Source: Candidatus Latescibacterota bacterium (GTDB lineage: Bacteria; Latescibacterota; UBA2968; UBA8231). From it: DNA of 64,000 nt. A model generated the notes under the pieces. The model was given only the letters and a program-made list of their open reading frames with translations, did no database searches and was not told where the DNA came from. The translations under genes were made by a program, and so were the position numbers. Below, piece after piece: positions 29,864 through 39,897 of this stretch (position 1 is its first letter; each line of letters begins with the position of its first letter). Location: the NCBI GenBank assembly GCA_965242865.1, contig CBDETK010000013.1, positions 3,808,001 to 3,872,000 on the forward strand, in the 5' to 3' direction.

Positions 29864-30910
29864 TCACAACGCCGGCATCTCCACGCCCAGCTCGGCCGCA
29901 ACTTGGCCGAGTTCGTCCCAAGTGGGTTGGGGCAAATCAATGCCTTCGACCAGCCGCCGCGCCCTAGTCTTCTGCTCGAGCTCGCCGGGCGCATAGACTT
30001 TATCAAACCCGGGCAAGGGACGAGCCGAGCACACCCATTGGGCCAGCGCTTCGACTTCGCGCTCGTACGAGGCCAAGTCGATAAAGTCTGCGATATTGAT
30101 CGCCAAGACCATGATCCCGTTGCCGCTGTTGCCGCCGTTTTTGGTGCAGCCCGCGTGCGAAAGCGGTCCCACCAACATTTCTACCATCATCGCCAGCCCG
30201 CTGCCCTTGTGCCCAAACTGTAGGCCGCCCAACGGCAAGACGCCGGTGCCCTCGGCGTCGTCTAAATAGCGCTGGGCATCGGTGACCGGCTGGCCTTCCT
30301 GATCGATAACCCACCCTTCGGGCAGCGGCTCTTGGCGAATGCTCTTCTGCACGATTTTGCCACCGGCCACGACGGTCATGGTCATATCGAGCATGAAAGG
30401 CGGACCATTTTGGCGCGGAGCAGAAAAGGCGATCGGCTCGGGACGCAGGCGGCGGTCGGCCGAGCCAAAGGGCGCTAGGAAGAGGCCACCGCCATTGAGC
30501 CAAACCATGCCGATCAGGCCCCGTTCGGCGATCCGCGGCGGATAGTCGCCGAGCCGGCAGATATGGCTGACGTGGTTGAGGCCGACAAAGCCGAAGGTGG
30601 AGTTTTGGGCCTTTTCAACGGCGATATCGAGGGCGCGATTGACCGCGACGATGCCGTTGGCCCCCTTCCCGTTGACGATCCTGAGCACGGGGGTGTCGCG
30701 CACGACTTGGGTCTCTTCCCAGCGAATGTAGTTGTTCCGCATGCTGCGGGCGTAGTTGGGGACCAGCCAAGTGCCGTGGGAATCGTGGCCGTGCAAGTGG
30801 CTTTCGACGACGTGGTCGGCGACGATGCGAGCGTCGGCTGCGGGGATACCCGTAGCGGCAAAAATGCGGTAGCAGAGATCGTTGAGGATGTCGTGTTGGA
30901 CTACGGGCAT
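29864..30910 (-). CDS. Ldh_2 family (malate/L-lactate/ureidoglycolate) dehydrogenase
   Basis: GHDSHG, LPLGG..GHKGSGL and APGE. Confidence 0.88.
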   Translation of the reverse strand: MPVVQHDILNDLCYRIFAATGIPAADARIVADHVVESHLHGHDSHGTWLVPNYARSMRNNYIRWEETQVVRDTPVLRIVNGKGANGIVAVNRALDIAVEKAQNSTFGFVGLNHVSHICRLGDYPPRIAERGLIGMVWLNGGGLFLAPFGSADRRLRPEPIAFSAPRQNGPPFMLDMTMTVVAGGKIVQKSIRQEPLPEGWVIDQEGQPVTDAQRYLDDAEGTGVLPLGGLQFGHKGSGLAMMVEMLVGPLSHAGCTKNGGNSGNGIMVLAINIADFIDLASYEREVEALAQWVCSARPLPGFDKVYAPGELEQKTRARRLVEGIDLPQPTWDELGQVAAELGVEMPAL

Positions 30911-30923
30911 GAGCGGGTCCTTC

Positions 30924-32006
30924 CTAAGAGGCGTGTACTTCCATCAACTCGGCGAAGTACCTAAACAGATGGAAGCTGTCGTGCGGACCCGGCGAGGCCT
31001 CCGGGTGGCACTGGATGGAAAAAATGGGGAGTTCGCGGTGGTGCAGGCCCTCGACGCAGTTGTCGTTGAGGTTGCGGCGGGTGATCTCAAGGCAGCTCGG
31101 CAAGGAGTCGGCCGCAATGCCCCAGCCGTGGTTTTCCGCGGTGATCAAAATCCGGCCGCTCGTGCGTTCCTTGATCGGCTGGTTGGCTCCTCGGTGGCCG
31201 AACTTGAGGCGGTAAATTTCCGCGCCAAAAGCCAAGCCGAGAATCTCGTGGCCCAAGCAGATGCCGAAGATCGGCTTCTTGCCGATGAGGCCCTTGCAAG
31301 TCTCGATCGCGTAGCTGAGGGGCCGGGGATCGCCCGGGCCGTTGGAGAGAAAGACGCCGTGCGGGTCCAAAGCCAAGACTTCGTCGGCCGTGGTGTTGGC
31401 CGGTACGACCGTCACCTTGCAGCCCGCGGCGACCAAGCAGCGGACGATGTTGCGCTTGATTCCGTAGTCGAGCGCGACCACGTGGAAGCGCGGGGCTTCC
31501 GGGCTTTCGACATAGGGCGCAGAGCAGCTAACGGCGGCGACCATATCTACGCCGGTGAGCCCGGGCCAAGCGCGTGCCTTCTCTACCAAGCGGTCCGGGT
31601 CGAGATCGGTGGTGGAAATGGCGGCGTCCATCACGCCCTTGATCCGCACTCTGCGGGTCAACTCGCGGGTGTCAATGCCCTCAATGCCGAGAACGCCGTG
31701 CTCTTCGAGGTACTCGGGCAAGCTCTGACGCGCCCGCCAGCTACTCGGCCGGCGGCAGCACTCCTTCATCAGGAAGCCGCGGACTTGGGGCCGCGCTGAT
31801 TCGTCGTCTTCGGGCGCGACCCCGTAGTTGCCGATAAGTGGGTACGTCATGGTGACGATCTGGCCGGCATAGGAGGGGTCCGTGAGAATTTCCTGATAGC
31901 CGGTTAGGCTGGTATTGAAGACCATCTCGCCGAGGCACTCCCCTCCGCGACCGAGGGCCCGGCCCTTAAAGACGGTGCCGTCCTCGAGCGCGACGAGTGC
32001 TTTCAT
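30924..32006 (-). CDS. carA: Carbamoyl-phosphate synthase small subunit
   Basis: VFNTSLTGYQEILTDPSY, SNGPGDP, GICLGHE and HPEASPGPHD. Confidence 0.97.
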   Translation of the reverse strand: MKALVALEDGTVFKGRALGRGGECLGEMVFNTSLTGYQEILTDPSYAGQIVTMTYPLIGNYGVAPEDDESARPQVRGFLMKECCRRPSSWRARQSLPEYLEEHGVLGIEGIDTRELTRRVRIKGVMDAAISTTDLDPDRLVEKARAWPGLTGVDMVAAVSCSAPYVESPEAPRFHVVALDYGIKRNIVRCLVAAGCKVTVVPANTTADEVLALDPHGVFLSNGPGDPRPLSYAIETCKGLIGKKPIFGICLGHEILGLAFGAEIYRLKFGHRGANQPIKERTSGRILITAENHGWGIAADSLPSCLEITRRNLNDNCVEGLHHRELPIFSIQCHPEASPGPHDSFHLFRYFAELMEVHAS

Positions 32007-32084
32007 CTCCGTAGATACTCCTTTTGAGAGGGTTTAACAGGGAATAAAAACTTAGCCAAAAAAAGACCCGATGGACAGGCCGCC

Positions 32085-33128
32085 TCATTCCGGCGCGGTT
32101 AGGTCTTGGCGCACCTGCCGGGCGCGCTCCTGCATATCGACAGCCGGATCGAATTCGCCGACGATTTCTTGGCCGACGATTTCTTCAATCACGTCCTCTA
32201 GCGTGACAATGCCAGCAAAGCCACCGTATTCATCGACGACGGCAAAAAGGTGCTCGCGCCGTTGGATGAACTCTTCGAGCAGGCGGCTGGCGCGCGCGGA
32301 CTCGGGCACCGAATGGATGGAGCGGCCCACCTCAAAGAGCTTGGCTTGATCGCGACCATCGGCCAAGGCGCTAAACGCATCGCGCCGCAACACTAAGCCG
32401 ACGATGTTTTCGCGCTTTTCCCGATAGAGGGGCACCCGGCTGTGGGACCAGCTACCGGACTGCTGGCGGGCTTCGGCCAAGGTCAAATCGCGGTCGAGGC
32501 AGTGGACTACTGTGCGGGGGGTCATAATGTCGCGGGCGCGTAGCTCGTCGAGCGTGAGGATGTTTTGGATGACGCGCTCTTGCTCGGGCGATATGGCACC
32601 CGAGCGGCGACTCATCTGCGCGACAATCTCAATCTCTTCGGGTTCCACCACCGGCGCGTCTGGCGCCTTAGGGGTGATGAGCCGGACGATGAATTTGTTG
32701 AGCCAGATAAAGGGCGCAAGCAGCCATACCAGCCACTGGATCGGACGGGCTATAAACCGAGCGAGCGCACGGGCATGCACCACCCCCACTGTCTTGGGAA
32801 GAATCTCCGTAAAGATGAGTACTGCCAGCGAGAAGGCGATCGTGAAATAGGTCTCTAGGGTCTGCGGAAACGCGCCGACAAAGGCGGCCCCAGCGATGGT
32901 GGCACCGCCGGTATGAGCCAAGGTATTCAGGGTGAGGATGGCCGAGATGGGCCGCTGGATATCCGCGTGCAGGCTCTTGAGAATCTGGCCCGAAGTGCGC
33001 CCTTGGCCGGCCAGCATTTCGATCTGACTGGCCGGCAGCGAGTAGAGCGCGGCTTCCAAGAGCGAACAAATGCAGGATACGACGAGGACGGTGCTGACGG
33101 CTAGGATCAACTCGGAATAAGGGGACAT
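32085..33128 (-). CDS. CNNM (DUF21)-CBS domain membrane protein (hemolysin/CorC family)
   Basis: CSLLEAAL, AILTLNT, EILPKT, MTPR and VVDEYGG..GIVTLEDVIEEIVG. Confidence 0.9.
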   Translation of the reverse strand: MSPYSELILAVSTVLVVSCICSLLEAALYSLPASQIEMLAGQGRTSGQILKSLHADIQRPISAILTLNTLAHTGGATIAGAAFVGAFPQTLETYFTIAFSLAVLIFTEILPKTVGVVHARALARFIARPIQWLVWLLAPFIWLNKFIVRLITPKAPDAPVVEPEEIEIVAQMSRRSGAISPEQERVIQNILTLDELRARDIMTPRTVVHCLDRDLTLAEARQQSGSWSHSRVPLYREKRENIVGLVLRRDAFSALADGRDQAKLFEVGRSIHSVPESARASRLLEEFIQRREHLFAVVDEYGGFAGIVTLEDVIEEIVGQEIVGEFDPAVDMQERARQVRQDLTAPE

Positions 33129-33147
33129 AGACGCGCGGGCAATTTCA

Positions 33148-33181
33148 CAAAGAGAGGGACTCCCCGCTGGGAATCCCTCTC
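33148..33181 (-). terminator. Probable intrinsic terminator after the SWIB gene
   Basis: GAGAGGGACTCCC-cgct-GGGAATCCCTCTC hairpin followed by TTTG on the minus strand. Confidence 0.55.
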
Positions 33182-33218
33182 CAATGGCACTGAGCTAGAA
33201 CCTCTTGCTCAGGAGTAC

Positions 33219-33614
33219 CTATTCCACGTGCTCGCTAATCCGCTTGGTCAGCTCGAACATATTCACCTTCTTCGCGCCCAAGACCGCTTGGAGCTTGTCG
33301 TCGGCATTGATCGTGCGCCTGTCTTGCTCGTCTTGCAGGTCATTCTTCTTGATGTATGCCCAGATTTTCTTGGTAATCTGAGTGCGCGGCAATGGCTTTT
33401 TGCCGACGATGGCCGCGAGCGCAGCGTCGGGCTGCAAGGGGCGCATAAAGGCGGAATTGGGCTCGCGCTTCGCCTTCTTCTTGGCGGCGGGTTTCTTGGC
33501 AACAGCCTTCTTAGGAGGAGCCTTCTTGGCAACGGCCTTTGTGGCGGCGGCTTTCTTAGGCGCGGGTTTCTTGGCCGCGGCCTTCTTCTTAGCAACAGGT
33601 TTTTTCTTAGCCAT
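33219..33614 (-). CDS. SWIB/MDM2-domain protein with histone H1-like K/A/P-rich N-terminus
   Basis: AKK repeats, then LAAIVG..PLPRTQITKKIWAYIKKNDLQD; AAGGAG SD. Confidence 0.9.
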   Translation of the reverse strand: MAKKKPVAKKKAAAKKPAPKKAAATKAVAKKAPPKKAVAKKPAAKKKAKREPNSAFMRPLQPDAALAAIVGKKPLPRTQITKKIWAYIKKNDLQDEQDRRTINADDKLQAVLGAKKVNMFELTKRISEHVE

Positions 33615-33900
33615 GCAAATCTCCTTTGGCTGATGGGGTAACACCCGCGAGAGGGGTTTGAGAATTGGGCTTCTCGGCCTCTTCCACCTCGTGAATGAAA
33701 GCCAGTTCTACCCGTTTTGTGAAGCTACAAAATTGTCTTTCCAATATAGTACAAGGGCAGTATAAGTCAAGAAAAAATGTAGCTTTTTCATAGGAGAAAA
33801 AGGAGAAAACGCTCGCACTGTGGGCGTTTGACATAATTTGTTAAAACAGTCATTTTAATTTTGCGCTGGGGATTTGTCGTATTTCGTGGGCCTAAATTTA

Positions 33901-34707
33901 ATGATCGCAAAGAGCAAATTGGGTTTTGTGGGCACCGGCAACATGGGGCGGGCGCTGATCGAAGGGTTGGTGGGCCAGCTTCCTTCGGGCCAGATCACCG
34001 CGGCCGACATCAGGCCCGAAGCACTCGAAGGCTTGGCGGCTTTGGGCGTCCACACCAGCACGGACTCCATAGATGCGGTCCGCGGTCAGGACTTGGTAGT
34101 GTTAGTGCTCAAGCCGCAAGTGGCTGCTCCAGTATTGAAGGCCCTAGCCGCCCATTTTAGTACCCAGCAGGTCGTCGTCTCACTCATGGCCGGCATATCG
34201 ACCGCTCGGCTCGAAGAGCTCCTACCCGCGCAAATGCCCGTGGTGCGCGTCATGCCGCAGACTCTGGTGAGAATCAAGGGGGCGGCTTGTGCCCTGTGCG
34301 CCGGTCGCGCTGCCAGCGCCGCGCAGGTGGCGCACGTGCGGTCCCTCTTCGATTTAGTCGGCACGACGGTCGAGGTCGCCGAACATCTCATGCACGCCGT
34401 TACCGGGCTTGCCGGTAGCGGCCCGGCTTGGGCGTACACCGTCGTCGAGGCGCTCACCGACGGGGGGGTCCGCGCGGGCCTGCCGCGCGAAATCGCCTTA
34501 ACGCTGGCCGCGCAAACCCTGCTCGGTGCCGCGCGCCTCGTGCTCGAAGGGGGCGAGCATCCGGCCGTGCTCAGAGACCAAGTTACCTCGCCGGGCGGGA
34601 CTACGGCGGCCGGGTTGCACAAGCTAGAAGAAAAGGGCCTGCGCGACGCCCTGATCAGCGCCGTGCTCGCCGCGACCGAGCGCTCTGCCGAGCTGGGGCA
34701 GTCGTGA
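33901..34707 (+). CDS. proC: Pyrroline-5-carboxylate reductase
   Basis: GFVGTGNMG, GSGPA and VTSPGGTT. Confidence 0.95.
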   Translation: MIAKSKLGFVGTGNMGRALIEGLVGQLPSGQITAADIRPEALEGLAALGVHTSTDSIDAVRGQDLVVLVLKPQVAAPVLKALAAHFSTQQVVVSLMAGISTARLEELLPAQMPVVRVMPQTLVRIKGAACALCAGRAASAAQVAHVRSLFDLVGTTVEVAEHLMHAVTGLAGSGPAWAYTVVEALTDGGVRAGLPREIALTLAAQTLLGAARLVLEGGEHPAVLRDQVTSPGGTTAAGLHKLEEKGLRDALISAVLAATERSAELGQS

Positions 34708-35306
34708 TTGCAGTCATCGACTACGGCATGGGGAATTTGCGCAGTGTGCAGAAAGCCTTTGAATTTCTCGGCTATGACGCCGAGGTCGTCGAAGCCCCCG
34801 AGAGCCTGAGCGCGGCCACCCACCTCGTATTGCCCGGCGACGCGGCCTTTGGCGACGCCATGCACAACTTGCAAACGGCCGGTTGGGACGAGGCCATTGT
34901 GCAAGGGCTGGCGGCCAACAAGCCCTTCTTAGGGATCTGCGTGGGGTTACAACTCATGTTTGAGGAAAGCGAGGAAATGGGCAGGCATCGCGGCCTCGGA
35001 ATCCTGCCGGGCGCGTGCGTGCGGTTCCCCCCTACCGAGCGGGTGCCGCACATCGGCTGGAACCAAATCGCCATCAAGCGCGAGGTCGCGCTCTTAGAGG
35101 GCATCCCCGAAGGAAGTTTTTTTTACTTTGTGCATTCGTACTACGTGGTAACCGCAAACGAAGCCGATTGCGTCGCCACGACCGACTACGGGGTGGACTA
35201 CCCCTCGATCGCCGGCAACGGCCGCGTCTTTGGCGTCCAATTTCATCCAGAAAAGAGCCAAGTCCACGGCCTGCGCCTGCTCGACAACTTCGCCCGTCTG
35301 CGCTGA
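34704..35306 (+). CDS. hisH: Imidazole glycerol phosphate synthase, glutamine amidotransferase subunit
   Basis: IDYGMGNL, GICVGLQ, PHIGWN, YFVHSY and QFHPEKS. Confidence 0.96.
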   Translation: MIAVIDYGMGNLRSVQKAFEFLGYDAEVVEAPESLSAATHLVLPGDAAFGDAMHNLQTAGWDEAIVQGLAANKPFLGICVGLQLMFEESEEMGRHRGLGILPGACVRFPPTERVPHIGWNQIAIKREVALLEGIPEGSFFYFVHSYYVVTANEADCVATTDYGVDYPSIAGNGRVFGVQFHPEKSQVHGLRLLDNFARLR

Positions 35307-35307
35307 T

Positions 35308-36081
35308 ATGCTCGCCAAGCGAATCATTCCCTGTCTAGATGTCAAAAACGGTCGCAACGTGCGCGGGGTGCGCTTTTCGGCCGACCGCGACGCCGGCGAC
35401 CCGGTCGAGCTCGCGGCGCGCTACGACGCCGAAGGGGCCGACGAACTCGTCTTCTACGACATCACGGCTTCGGCCGATGGCCGCGCCATCGTCATGGACC
35501 TCGTACGCCAAGTCTCCGAGCGGGTCTTTATTCCCCTGATGGTCGGCGGCGGGATTCGCACCTTCGCAGACGTGCGCCACGTTCTCAAGACCGGCGCCGA
35601 CAAAATTTCGATCAACTCGGCCCACGTGCATTCGCCGGAAATCATCAACCAAAGCGCCGAAAGCTTCGGCTCGCAGTGCATTGTCGCGGCCATCGACGCG
35701 CTCAGGCGTCCAGCCGCGCCCGACGAGCCGCCGTCGTGGGAGCTATACATCAACGGCGGGCGCAAAGCCACCGGCATCGATGCCCTAGAATGGGTGGAGG
35801 CACTCGTCGACCGCGGGGCAGGCGAGTTGGTGCTCAACAGCATCGACGCCGACGGGACGTGCGCGGGGTACGACCTCGCACTCAACCGAGCGGTGGCGCG
35901 CCGCGTGGATGTGCCCATTGTCGCCTCGGGCGGGGCCGGCACCCTCGAGCACATCCACGAGGTGCTGACCACGGGCGAGGCCAGCGCCGCGCTGGCGGCC
36001 TCCATCTTCCACTTTGAGCAGTACTCAATTCCCCAAGTCAAGCGCTTCTTGCGCGAGCGCGGGGTGATGGTGCGCCAGTGA
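35308..36081 (+). CDS. hisF: Imidazole glycerol phosphate synthase, cyclase subunit
   Basis: MLAKRIIPCLDV, GADELVFYDITAS and ALAASIFH. Confidence 0.97.
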   Translation: MLAKRIIPCLDVKNGRNVRGVRFSADRDAGDPVELAARYDAEGADELVFYDITASADGRAIVMDLVRQVSERVFIPLMVGGGIRTFADVRHVLKTGADKISINSAHVHSPEIINQSAESFGSQCIVAAIDALRRPAAPDEPPSWELYINGGRKATGIDALEWVEALVDRGAGELVLNSIDADGTCAGYDLALNRAVARRVDVPIVASGGAGTLEHIHEVLTTGEASAALAASIFHFEQYSIPQVKRFLRERGVMVRQ

Positions 36082-37223
36082 CCAAGGCAAGCGAAGTGCC
36101 GCGACAGGCCCTGATGAGCAAGGTGCAGCGGCTGGTGGTCAAGATCGGCAGCAGCGCCCTGACCACGCAGCAGCACAAGCTCGACGATGCGGTCGTCACC
36201 CAGCTCGTCGAAGACGTAAGCGAACTGCGCTCCCAGGGATTGGAGGTGGCGATCGTCACCTCGGGCGCGGTGGCCGCGGGCATGGGGCGGATGGGATTGG
36301 ACAAACGCCCGGACCACATCGCCCAACTGCAAGCGCTGGCGGCCATCGGCCAAGTCCTGCTGATGGATACCTACGAGGCCAAGTTCCACGGCCGCGGCGT
36401 ACCCGTCGGCCAAGTGCTCTTAACCGCCGAGGATATTCTCGGCGACCGCCATCGCTACGTCCATCTCGAAAACACCTTCCGCAACCTCTTTGACTACGGG
36501 GCCGTGCCCCTAATCAACGAAAACGACAGCGTCGCCGTGGCCGAGCTCCGGCGGCAGCTCGGAGAAAACGACATGCTCGCCGCTTATGTGACAAACCTGA
36601 TCCGGGCGGATATGCTGGTCATTTTCTCGGATGTCGAAGGGCTTTACCACGCCTTCGGCCCGCACGGCCCCGAAGGCACCCTCGTCAATCAAGTGACCCA
36701 AGACAGCCTCGACCTAGAGGGGATGATTGGCCATTCGCTCAACGGGCGCGGCCGGGGCGGCATGGCAACCAAGCTGCGGGCTGCCCGGCTCTTGATGGCC
36801 TGCGGCGAAATGGCGGTCATCGCGCACGGACGCCACCACCGCTTGCGCCACATTCTTGCGGGCCGCGAGCAAGGGACGCTCTTTCTGCCGACCGGCCGCA
36901 AACTCAGCAGCCGGCATCGCTGGATCGGCTTTGCCAGCCAGTGCCGGGGCAGCGCGGTGATCGACCGCGGCGCCCAACGCGCCATCGCCGAGCAGGACAA
37001 GAGCCTGCTCCCGGTGGGGGTCGTCGCCTGCGAGGGCGAGTTTGCCGCCGGCGACGTGGTGCAGCTCATCGGCAAGCACGGCGAAAAGTTGGGGCGGGGC
37101 TTGTGCCGGTACTCCTCCGCTGAGCTGCGCCGCATCTTAGGCATGAGCTCGCCCGAAGTCGCCAGCGCACTGGGGCACCCGGCGCGAGCGGTCATCCACC
37201 GCGACGACCTCGTCTTATTCTGA
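36078..37223 (+). CDS. proB: Glutamate 5-kinase
   Basis: VVKIGSS, INENDSV, GRGGMATK and C-terminal PUA domain. Confidence 0.95.
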   Translation: MTKASEVPRQALMSKVQRLVVKIGSSALTTQQHKLDDAVVTQLVEDVSELRSQGLEVAIVTSGAVAAGMGRMGLDKRPDHIAQLQALAAIGQVLLMDTYEAKFHGRGVPVGQVLLTAEDILGDRHRYVHLENTFRNLFDYGAVPLINENDSVAVAELRRQLGENDMLAAYVTNLIRADMLVIFSDVEGLYHAFGPHGPEGTLVNQVTQDSLDLEGMIGHSLNGRGRGGMATKLRAARLLMACGEMAVIAHGRHHRLRHILAGREQGTLFLPTGRKLSSRHRWIGFASQCRGSAVIDRGAQRAIAEQDKSLLPVGVVACEGEFAAGDVVQLIGKHGEKLGRGLCRYSSAELRRILGMSSPEVASALGHPARAVIHRDDLVLF

Positions 37224-37236
37224 TCCAAAACCGACC

Positions 37237-37518
37237 GTGACTAAAACGGCCAAGATCTTGCTGATCGCCTTCTTCGCTTTGGTGGCTTACGTGGCCTTTG
37301 GCAATGGGCTGTTCTACGAGGTGTGGCAAAAAGAGAAAACCCTAACGGAACTCGAAGTGCAGGTGAAGCAACTAGAAGCCGAAACCGACAGCTTGCGCCA
37401 AGTGCTAAAGCTCCTCAAAGGCGACCTCGATTTCATCGAAAAGGTCGCACGCGAAGAGCTCGGCTTGATCAAACCGGGCGAGGTGGTCATTCCCCTGCCG
37501 GCCGAAGAGAGCGACTAA
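37237..37518 (+). CDS. ftsB: Septum formation initiator (FtsB/DivIC)
   Basis: TM helix, coiled coil and IEKVAREELGLIKPGE. Confidence 0.85.
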   Translation: MTKTAKILLIAFFALVAYVAFGNGLFYEVWQKEKTLTELEVQVKQLEAETDSLRQVLKLLKGDLDFIEKVAREELGLIKPGEVVIPLPAEESD

Positions 37519-37522
37519 CTCC

Positions 37523-38302
37523 ATGCCGCGCACCATCGTCAAAACGCGCGCCATCGTGCTGCGCACCATGCGCTTGGGCGAGACTAGCAGCCTAGTGACG
37601 TTATACGCCCAAGAGTGCGGCAAACTCAAGGCCATGGCCCGGGGCGCCCGCCAGCCCAAGAGCCGGTTTGGGGCCGCGCTCGGCCTGATGACCGAGGTGC
37701 AAGCCGTCTGCTACGTCAAAGAAACCCGCGAACTGCAAACCCTCAGCGAATGCACCCTGCTCAACCCAGCCCCGGACTTATCGCAGAGCCTAGAGCGCCT
37801 TTCCTTTGGCAGTGCCGCCTGCGAGTTGGTCGATCGCCTGACGATCGAAGGCGAGGGCAACCCCCGGCTCTACCAGTGCCTAGCGGGGGTACTGCGCGGC
37901 CTAGCTGAAGTAGAGTCAGCGCAGGTCGAAGCGCTGTTCTGGTACTTCCAACTGCGCGCCGCGGCGGCCCTCGGCTACCGCCCGGAGCTGCGCCAGTGCA
38001 TTACCTGCCAATCCGCGCTAGGCGGCCCCTCGTCGTGGTTCAGCGCGGCCTTGGGGGGCAGCCTGTGCGCCGCCTGCGGCCCCGGGCACGGCGTGCGTTT
38101 GGCCCAGCGCAACGTGCGCTTTCTCGCCGCCCTGCAAGGGCTTAGGACGTACAGCAAGGAAGCGCTCCCCCAAGCCCCGGCCCAGCGCGGTGAGATCCGC
38201 TTGGCTTTGCGCGGCTTTCTAGAGTACCACGGCGGCGAGCACAGCCGGCTCAAGTCGCTCGATTTTCTCGATGGCCTCAACCGATCGGCCCTATCTACCT
38301 AA
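37523..38302 (+). CDS. recO: DNA repair protein RecO
   Basis: AIVLRT..GETS, ARGAR.PKSRF and zinc finger CITC...CAAC. Confidence 0.93.
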   Translation: MPRTIVKTRAIVLRTMRLGETSSLVTLYAQECGKLKAMARGARQPKSRFGAALGLMTEVQAVCYVKETRELQTLSECTLLNPAPDLSQSLERLSFGSAACELVDRLTIEGEGNPRLYQCLAGVLRGLAEVESAQVEALFWYFQLRAAAALGYRPELRQCITCQSALGGPSSWFSAALGGSLCAACGPGHGVRLAQRNVRFLAALQGLRTYSKEALPQAPAQRGEIRLALRGFLEYHGGEHSRLKSLDFLDGLNRSALST

Positions 38303-38319
38303 ACGTACTGGAGATTTTC

Positions 38320-39693
38320 ATGTCCGACGACGCAATGGAAAAACTAGTATCCCTGTGCAAGCGAAAAGGCTTAATTTTTCAAAGTTCGGAAATCTACGGC
38401 GGCCTCAACGGCTGCTGGGACTACGGCCCTTTGGGCGTCGAGCTGCTGCGCAACATCAAAGAGGCCTGGTGGAAGGCCATGACCTACCGAGAGGACATAG
38501 AGGGCCTCGACGCCAGCATCCTCATGAATCAGCGGGTGTGGGAGGCCTCGGGCCACGTCGCCAGCTTTACCGACCCCATGGTCGAAGATCGCAAGACCAA
38601 CGAGCGCTTCCGGCTCGACCAGCTCCTCGAAGAAAACGGCCTCGACGTAGCCGGGCTGAGTGCCGAGGAGATGGGGGTGCTGCTGCGCGAGCGCGCCATC
38701 AAAAGCCCCAAGGGCAACGAGCTGAGCGACCCGCGGCAATTCAACCTCATGTTCAAAACCTTTGTCGGCCCGGTCGAAGACGACGGGGCGCGGGTCTTTC
38801 TCCGCCCAGAGACCGCGCAGGGCATCTTCGTCAACTACCTCAACGTGCAGGCGGCCGCGCGCCAGAAGTTGCCCTTTGGCATCGCCCAAATCGGCAAGGC
38901 GTTCCGCAACGAGATCAACACCAAGAACTTTCTCTTCCGCACTCGGGAATTTGAGCAGATGGAGATGCAGTACTTCGTCGCGCCCGGTACGCAAGACGAG
39001 TGGTTCAATTATTGGCGCGAGGAACGCTGGAAGTGGTTTGGGCAAATTGGCCTGCCCGAGCGCAAGCTGAGCTGGCACGAGCACCAAGGCGACGAGCTGG
39101 CCCACTATGCCCGCGCCGCCTTCGACATCCAGTACGAGTTTCCCTTTGGCCACGGCGAGATCGAGGGCATCCACAATCGCGGCGACTACGACCTGTCGCA
39201 GCACGAAAAGTTCTCGGGCAAGCAGCTCAAGTACTTCGACGAGGAGCAGCGCACACGGTTTGTGCCCCACGTCGTAGAGACCTCAATAGGGGCCAGCCGT
39301 ACGCTAATGGCCTGCCTAGTCGAAGCATACCACGAGGAAGAGGTCCGCGGCGAGACTCGAGTGGTGATGCGCTTTCACCCGCGCATCGCGCCGATCAAAG
39401 CGGCGGTCCTGCCCCTTGTCAAGCGCGACGGCATGCCGGCCATCGCCCGGCAAGTTGCCGAGGATCTCCGGCCGTACATGCGGGTTTTTTACGACGAGGG
39501 CGGCGCGATCGGCCGCCGCTACCGGCGCATGGACGAGGTGGGGACGCCGTTTTGCCTAACGGTCGATTCGGATACCCTAGCAGACCAGACCGTCACCGTG
39601 CGCACCCGCGACACCATGGCCCAAGAGCGCGTGCCCATCGCTACGTTGCGCCCCCACCTCGCAAGCCGCATGGACGCTTGGCAAATCCCTTGA
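38320..39693 (+). CDS. glyQS: Glycine--tRNA ligase (alpha2 type)
   Basis: LRPETAQGIF, GKAFRNEI, FRTREFEQME and IGRRYRRMDEVGTP. Confidence 0.96.
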   Translation: MSDDAMEKLVSLCKRKGLIFQSSEIYGGLNGCWDYGPLGVELLRNIKEAWWKAMTYREDIEGLDASILMNQRVWEASGHVASFTDPMVEDRKTNERFRLDQLLEENGLDVAGLSAEEMGVLLRERAIKSPKGNELSDPRQFNLMFKTFVGPVEDDGARVFLRPETAQGIFVNYLNVQAAARQKLPFGIAQIGKAFRNEINTKNFLFRTREFEQMEMQYFVAPGTQDEWFNYWREERWKWFGQIGLPERKLSWHEHQGDELAHYARAAFDIQYEFPFGHGEIEGIHNRGDYDLSQHEKFSGKQLKYFDEEQRTRFVPHVVETSIGASRTLMACLVEAYHEEEVRGETRVVMRFHPRIAPIKAAVLPLVKRDGMPAIARQVAEDLRPYMRVFYDEGGAIGRRYRRMDEVGTPFCLTVDSDTLADQTVTVRTRDTMAQERVPIATLRPHLASRMDAWQIP

Positions 39694-39719
39694 CCCGATA
39701 GTATAAATCCTGATATTAT
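39690..39719 (+). promoter_or_regulatory. Putative sigma70 promoter for tRNA-Leu and the tig operon
   Basis: TTGACC-18-TATTAT with TG preceding the -10 box. Confidence 0.5.
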
Positions 39720-39745
39720 CCTGCGTTGCGAGCGGTATCCGGCAA

Positions 39746-39832
39746 GCGAAAGTGGCGGAACTGGCAGACGCGCTAGACTTAGGATCTAGTGCCCGAAAGG
39801 GCTTGGGGGTTCGAGTCCCCCCTTTCGCACCA
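39746..39832 (+). tRNA. tRNA-Leu(TAG)
   Basis: GCGAAAG/CTTTCGC acceptor stem, anticodon arm CTAGA-CTTAGGA-TCTAG, long variable arm, GTTCGAGTC, encoded CCA. Confidence 0.97.
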
Positions 39833-39897
39833 TAACTAAAAACGAGCGCCCGGCCGGCGATTGGGCGGTGCGCCCTAGCTTTGTAGGATTGCGTTTC

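Noticed and set aside
30882-31799. Long antisense ORFs (here, 35454-36413, 38371-39270)
   Set aside because: They mirror conserved genes (carA, hisF/proB, glyQS), as expected from high-GC codon bias.
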